Positions 60,110 through 64,000 of a DNA stretch of 64,000 nucleotides are shown here, one piece after another. The stretch's first letter is position 1, and each line of letters starts with the position of its first letter. Below the pieces are notes generated by a model that saw only the letters and a program-made list of their open reading frames with translations, did no database searches and was not told the DNA's origin. The DNA is from Antedon mediterranea (Eukaryota > Animalia > Echinodermata): the NCBI RefSeq assembly GCF_964355755.1, contig NC_092679.1, forward strand, positions 6,850,201-6,914,200, read 5' to 3'. Made by a program: the position numbers and the translations under genes.

Positions 60110-60253
60110 TGAGTCATCTCTTGTGACGTAGCGGGCTAGAGCAGCAGCGTGAAAATATATATAACAATTGAGAGAAAACATACATTTACATTGTATTCTA
60201 CATACTCTAGAAGAAAGAAACCGAAAAAAACAGTGGAAATTCCGGGAATGACG
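60110..60253. promoter_or_regulatory. Candidate immune/stress-inducible enhancer (AP-1, CRE, ISRE, NF-kB, GAS cluster)
   Basis: TGAGTCA 60110, TGACGTA 60124, GAAACCGAAA 60217, TGGAAATTCC 60234, TTCCGGGAA 60240, TGACG 60249. Confidence 0.45.
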
Positions 60254-61755
60254 CTCATAAAGCTAAGATAATTAAAATGTCAAATGTGATTTAAAAGAAA
60301 AAAAATGTTAGCATTAAAAATTGATGTACTTAGTAATATAAAACATACTTTGTAATACAGTCTTTTTTTAAGTGCGCCACCACATTCGATTTGCATAATA
60401 AGAAGCCATAATGTATTAATACATCTACTAGCAGACGATACATTGAGTTGAGTGACTAAAAGAGCATGCACATCATAGTGCTAATGCCGACACAAGCTCT
60501 TACAGAAGCTGATGTATGTGGCTATAGGATTTAAAGCACATGTTCTGAGGTATGTATGAGTTCAAGTAAATGATAACGTTAATAATAATGTCTAAAGTCA
60601 TCGCCCGTCTTAGAGGATAAATTTTCATCTCTAGAAATAGTATAAAAGAAGACGATGCTACTGATTATCATAATCTGTCTCGATGGTTCGGTATTTATAG
60701 AATGAAACTAATATTGCTTTTTACATGAGCGTACTATATGTCACAGAAAACGGAAATTCGGCATAAATGTAAGTAGTATAGTACATACATAATGTTACCT
60801 ATCTCAACCTTTTTAAATAATATCAATGTATGTTTAGAAACACAAAACAATGCATTTTATATAAATAAACATTATTATATTGCTAAAATGTTACTTTGGC
60901 CTACAGTATATATAGTTAACATTATGGTCCAATTATGATAAGTTTTAGTGTAGGCCTATATGCAAATTGGTAATTATAATTTATGGCCCCTTTTGGTAGC
61001 ACGTATCGGTCTATGTGACTAAAACGCGTATTTCAATAACAGTTATATGTTAAATTTGTATGACGTCATTAAACTAAACGTTACTTGTTTATATAAATGC
61101 ATGACAAGTTTGGTAGTAGAAGACAAATTAAGCCTACACAATTGAAATTAAACAGGTAATGGTAATTTAGGCAATAATCAGTATTTTGTATGATAAAGTA
61201 TACAGTCAATTTGTTCTATAAAAGGTACAGTAAGAGGCAAATTGTATAATACAGTGTTACGATGTGTCATGTGTGACTACTGTGGGATAGGATCCCGTGA
61301 GCCTAATTTAACCCTTAATACAGGAGCACATGTGACCTGAAACTGTGACATGTATAAAACGATGACACAGGAATAATAACGTCATATGTGGAGATACTAA
61401 AGAGAAACGGGTGCGATTAAAAAAAAATCCTAAAGCTCTTTTTACACTATCAAACTTTATGTGACAAAAAATGTGATGTGTCCCTATCTATATGGAAATG
61501 ATGATGTCATATCACAACCATATTTGGGCATATCACTACCATATTTGGGCACATTACACTTTTCTTGTAGTGTAGACAGAGATTAAGTTACAAACATGTA
61601 CCGTAATGAGTAGAACAAGATGCACACACATTGAACGTCACTCATTTTATAAATATAAAGTCTTAGGGGAGTGATTTTGATTGATTTGATGATAAGAATA
61701 ATGTGATAGCGTGATAGGAATATTGGGTGAGAATTGATCAATATCCTATAAAATG

Positions 61756-61851
61756 ATATATATATATATATGTTCTTTTCCTCTTCTGTATATATATATA
61801 TATATATATGTTCTTTTCCTCTTGTGTATATATATATATATATATATATAT
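61756..61851. repeat. Compound (TA)n microsatellite with a repeated GTTCTTTTCCTCTT spacer
   Basis: Directly visible in the sequence. Confidence 0.9.
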
Positions 61852-64000
61852 GACATGATGATGATGAGGGGGAGAACACTTCCTTGATGACTACCGTACT
61901 GAATACGAATGATATGTATATATAGGCATATACAAAAATTACGATGATAATAAATGTTAGTACAATTTATCATTAATCTCTTGGTTTGTATAACAACATT
62001 TTCTGTACGCGCTTTTCCTCTTATCAAGATAAACACATCTCAGAACACTAATAGGTTATTAGAAGTACAGAGACATTTGTTTAGTTTTATTTGTCGCAAT
62101 GCATCTGTAGACGAATTATTCCTTCATAGTTACTATTAATCTTTATAAATAATGACAGATTACTGAATGTACCTTTTTCGTTGATTTCTGCCTGATTCTT
62201 GTTTTTCTAATAGCTTATAAAAGAAAATTGACGGTACACTCCTATTCATTCGTTTTTAGAGAATTCGTATATAGCTAAAGCTCTGTCTACACTATTACAC
62301 TTTTATGTGACAAAAAATGTGATGTGGCCATATATGGACATGATGATGTCATATCACTATCATATTTAATCATATTACTACCATATTTGAGTAAACTAGT
62401 TTGATAGTGTAGACAGAGCTTTATAGAATGAATTGTTAGTCATTTGGTCAGCATTAAGATTGCCGATCTTTGACCACTTGACCGTCCACGTTCCCGTCTC
62501 AGTTGACCATCGGACATGCGTCATTTATAGAATACCCCGTCGATTCACACTGCGACTAGCATGTATACTATTTGACATATACACACGCATTTCAGATTAG
62601 AATTTTCAATGAATTATCAGTTTAGCACAATAGATTTGTCAATTAATTTAATGATCACATGGTATGGTGCGGCGCTGTGCTCATGTGTACTGCGCGGCGC
62701 TGTGCGCATGTGATGTTTTGACCTTAAGTACGGTATGAATTTTTACCAGTATAGTAATATAATAATTCATATCTGTATGATCAGATATTAAAACAAAATT
62801 CTTCACCTTTTTTACATTGTATGCAGGCAAGTAAAGGCATAATGTTCGTTACTTATCTCATATATGCAACGATACAAACTCATAAATGCTCTTTGCTACA
62901 ATGATACCGTAGTCCAGTATTTGAATAACTTAAGGGCCGGCAAAAAGAAAAGCGCACGATTGCATTTTTATTTACATAAAATTGTACCACAATAAATATA
63001 ATCATTGCTATTTGAATCTGAAAATAGCTAAATGTACCTTACGTGCGAAATAAGAAATCTAAAATAAAGTATATAATCTTTGATAGTTAGGTCACATGCG
63101 TACTTTTTACCATGCTTTTGATTGGTCAACTCACTTGCGTTATGCCTACGTCATTGTACTGCGTCCAAAAGCAAGCTTAGTTGTGAACAAGTTGTGAAAA
63201 GCTCACGTAACAATATGCCTCACAATTCAATAATAATGTTTACAAAGTACAGTATAGGATAGTTATCAGCAACAGTCCATTAGTTAGGCTATACTGCCAT
63301 ATTAGATACAACGAATTTGAATTCGGACTTAGTTTAATTAACACAATATTTTTTTATTAGTGTGGTAGCTAGTAATGTTCACTAATTAGGTTTATTGGCT
63401 ATTAGGCGCGTAGCTTCAATTTACACTAGTACGCAGGGGACCCCATTCTGTACGCTTGATGAATCATGCAAAGAAATGTGATGAATATAAATAATGAATA
63501 AATAGGTCATAAATTGAAGGAAGCTGAATAATTTTGTTACCAAAAAAGTAAATGCGAAACAACCATAAATTGAATGTGAATTGTATTGAAGAAACAGAGG
63601 TATGTTGTCTTGCATCGATTCAACACATTCTCTGACTATGCAATACTTGATTCGCACGTAAAAGCTTGGTTTCTACAACGCAAACAACGACTAAGCGCAT
63701 CGTCACGATGACGTGATGGATCATCCGAACTGTCGCTTGTGATTGGTCAACTCACTTACGTTGCGCGTACGTCATTACGTTGCGTTCAAGTGGAAAACAT
63801 GTTCACATGATCACCGTTACATTTGTTTTATAGGCTTAATTCATGTTAAAACTCTGACGATCCCGGCCTCGCTATGCACTTTGGCGTTGAGTAGCCTATT
63901 GGCTAATATGCTTGTATCGGATTCTCGGCCGTGTATCTGCGCTTGTTTTATAGAACTGCATAACATGTGACTTTATTTACCACAACCCTAAAACCAGGAA

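Noticed and set aside
59940-63970. Short ORFs at the right end of the window
   Set aside because: No recognisable domains or consistent exon chain; several overlap MITEs or microsatellites.

Overview
Eukaryotic (animal) genomic DNA with AT-rich introns; Deu/Nin-domain SINEs suggest a marine invertebrate, plausibly an echinoderm (inference). Positions 1-8815 hold a Ty3/Gypsy LTR retrotransposon on the minus strand, with its 3' end beyond the left edge. Its cargo is unusual: a ComEA-like helix-hairpin-helix domain at the Gag N-terminus, a PHF8/KDM7-type PHD finger at the integrase C-terminus, and, in the env position behind a strong splice acceptor, a third ORF with a C2H2-like finger and a TatD-fold domain whose catalytic residues are nearly all replaced. 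The 5' LTR ends about 115 bp upstream of the NOP53 start codon, which fits H3K4me3/promoter-targeted integration. Host genes are NOP53 (+, 12 exons, one U12 intron), MRCK/CDC42BP kinase (-, about 37 exons, one GC-AG intron, two intronic SNORD61 copies) and GTPBP2 (+, 12 exons). Introns carry many MITEs, SINEs and LINE tails, and there is an immune-type transcription-factor motif cluster near 60.2 kb. All coordinates were read by hand, so some may be off by a few bases, especially repeat boundaries.
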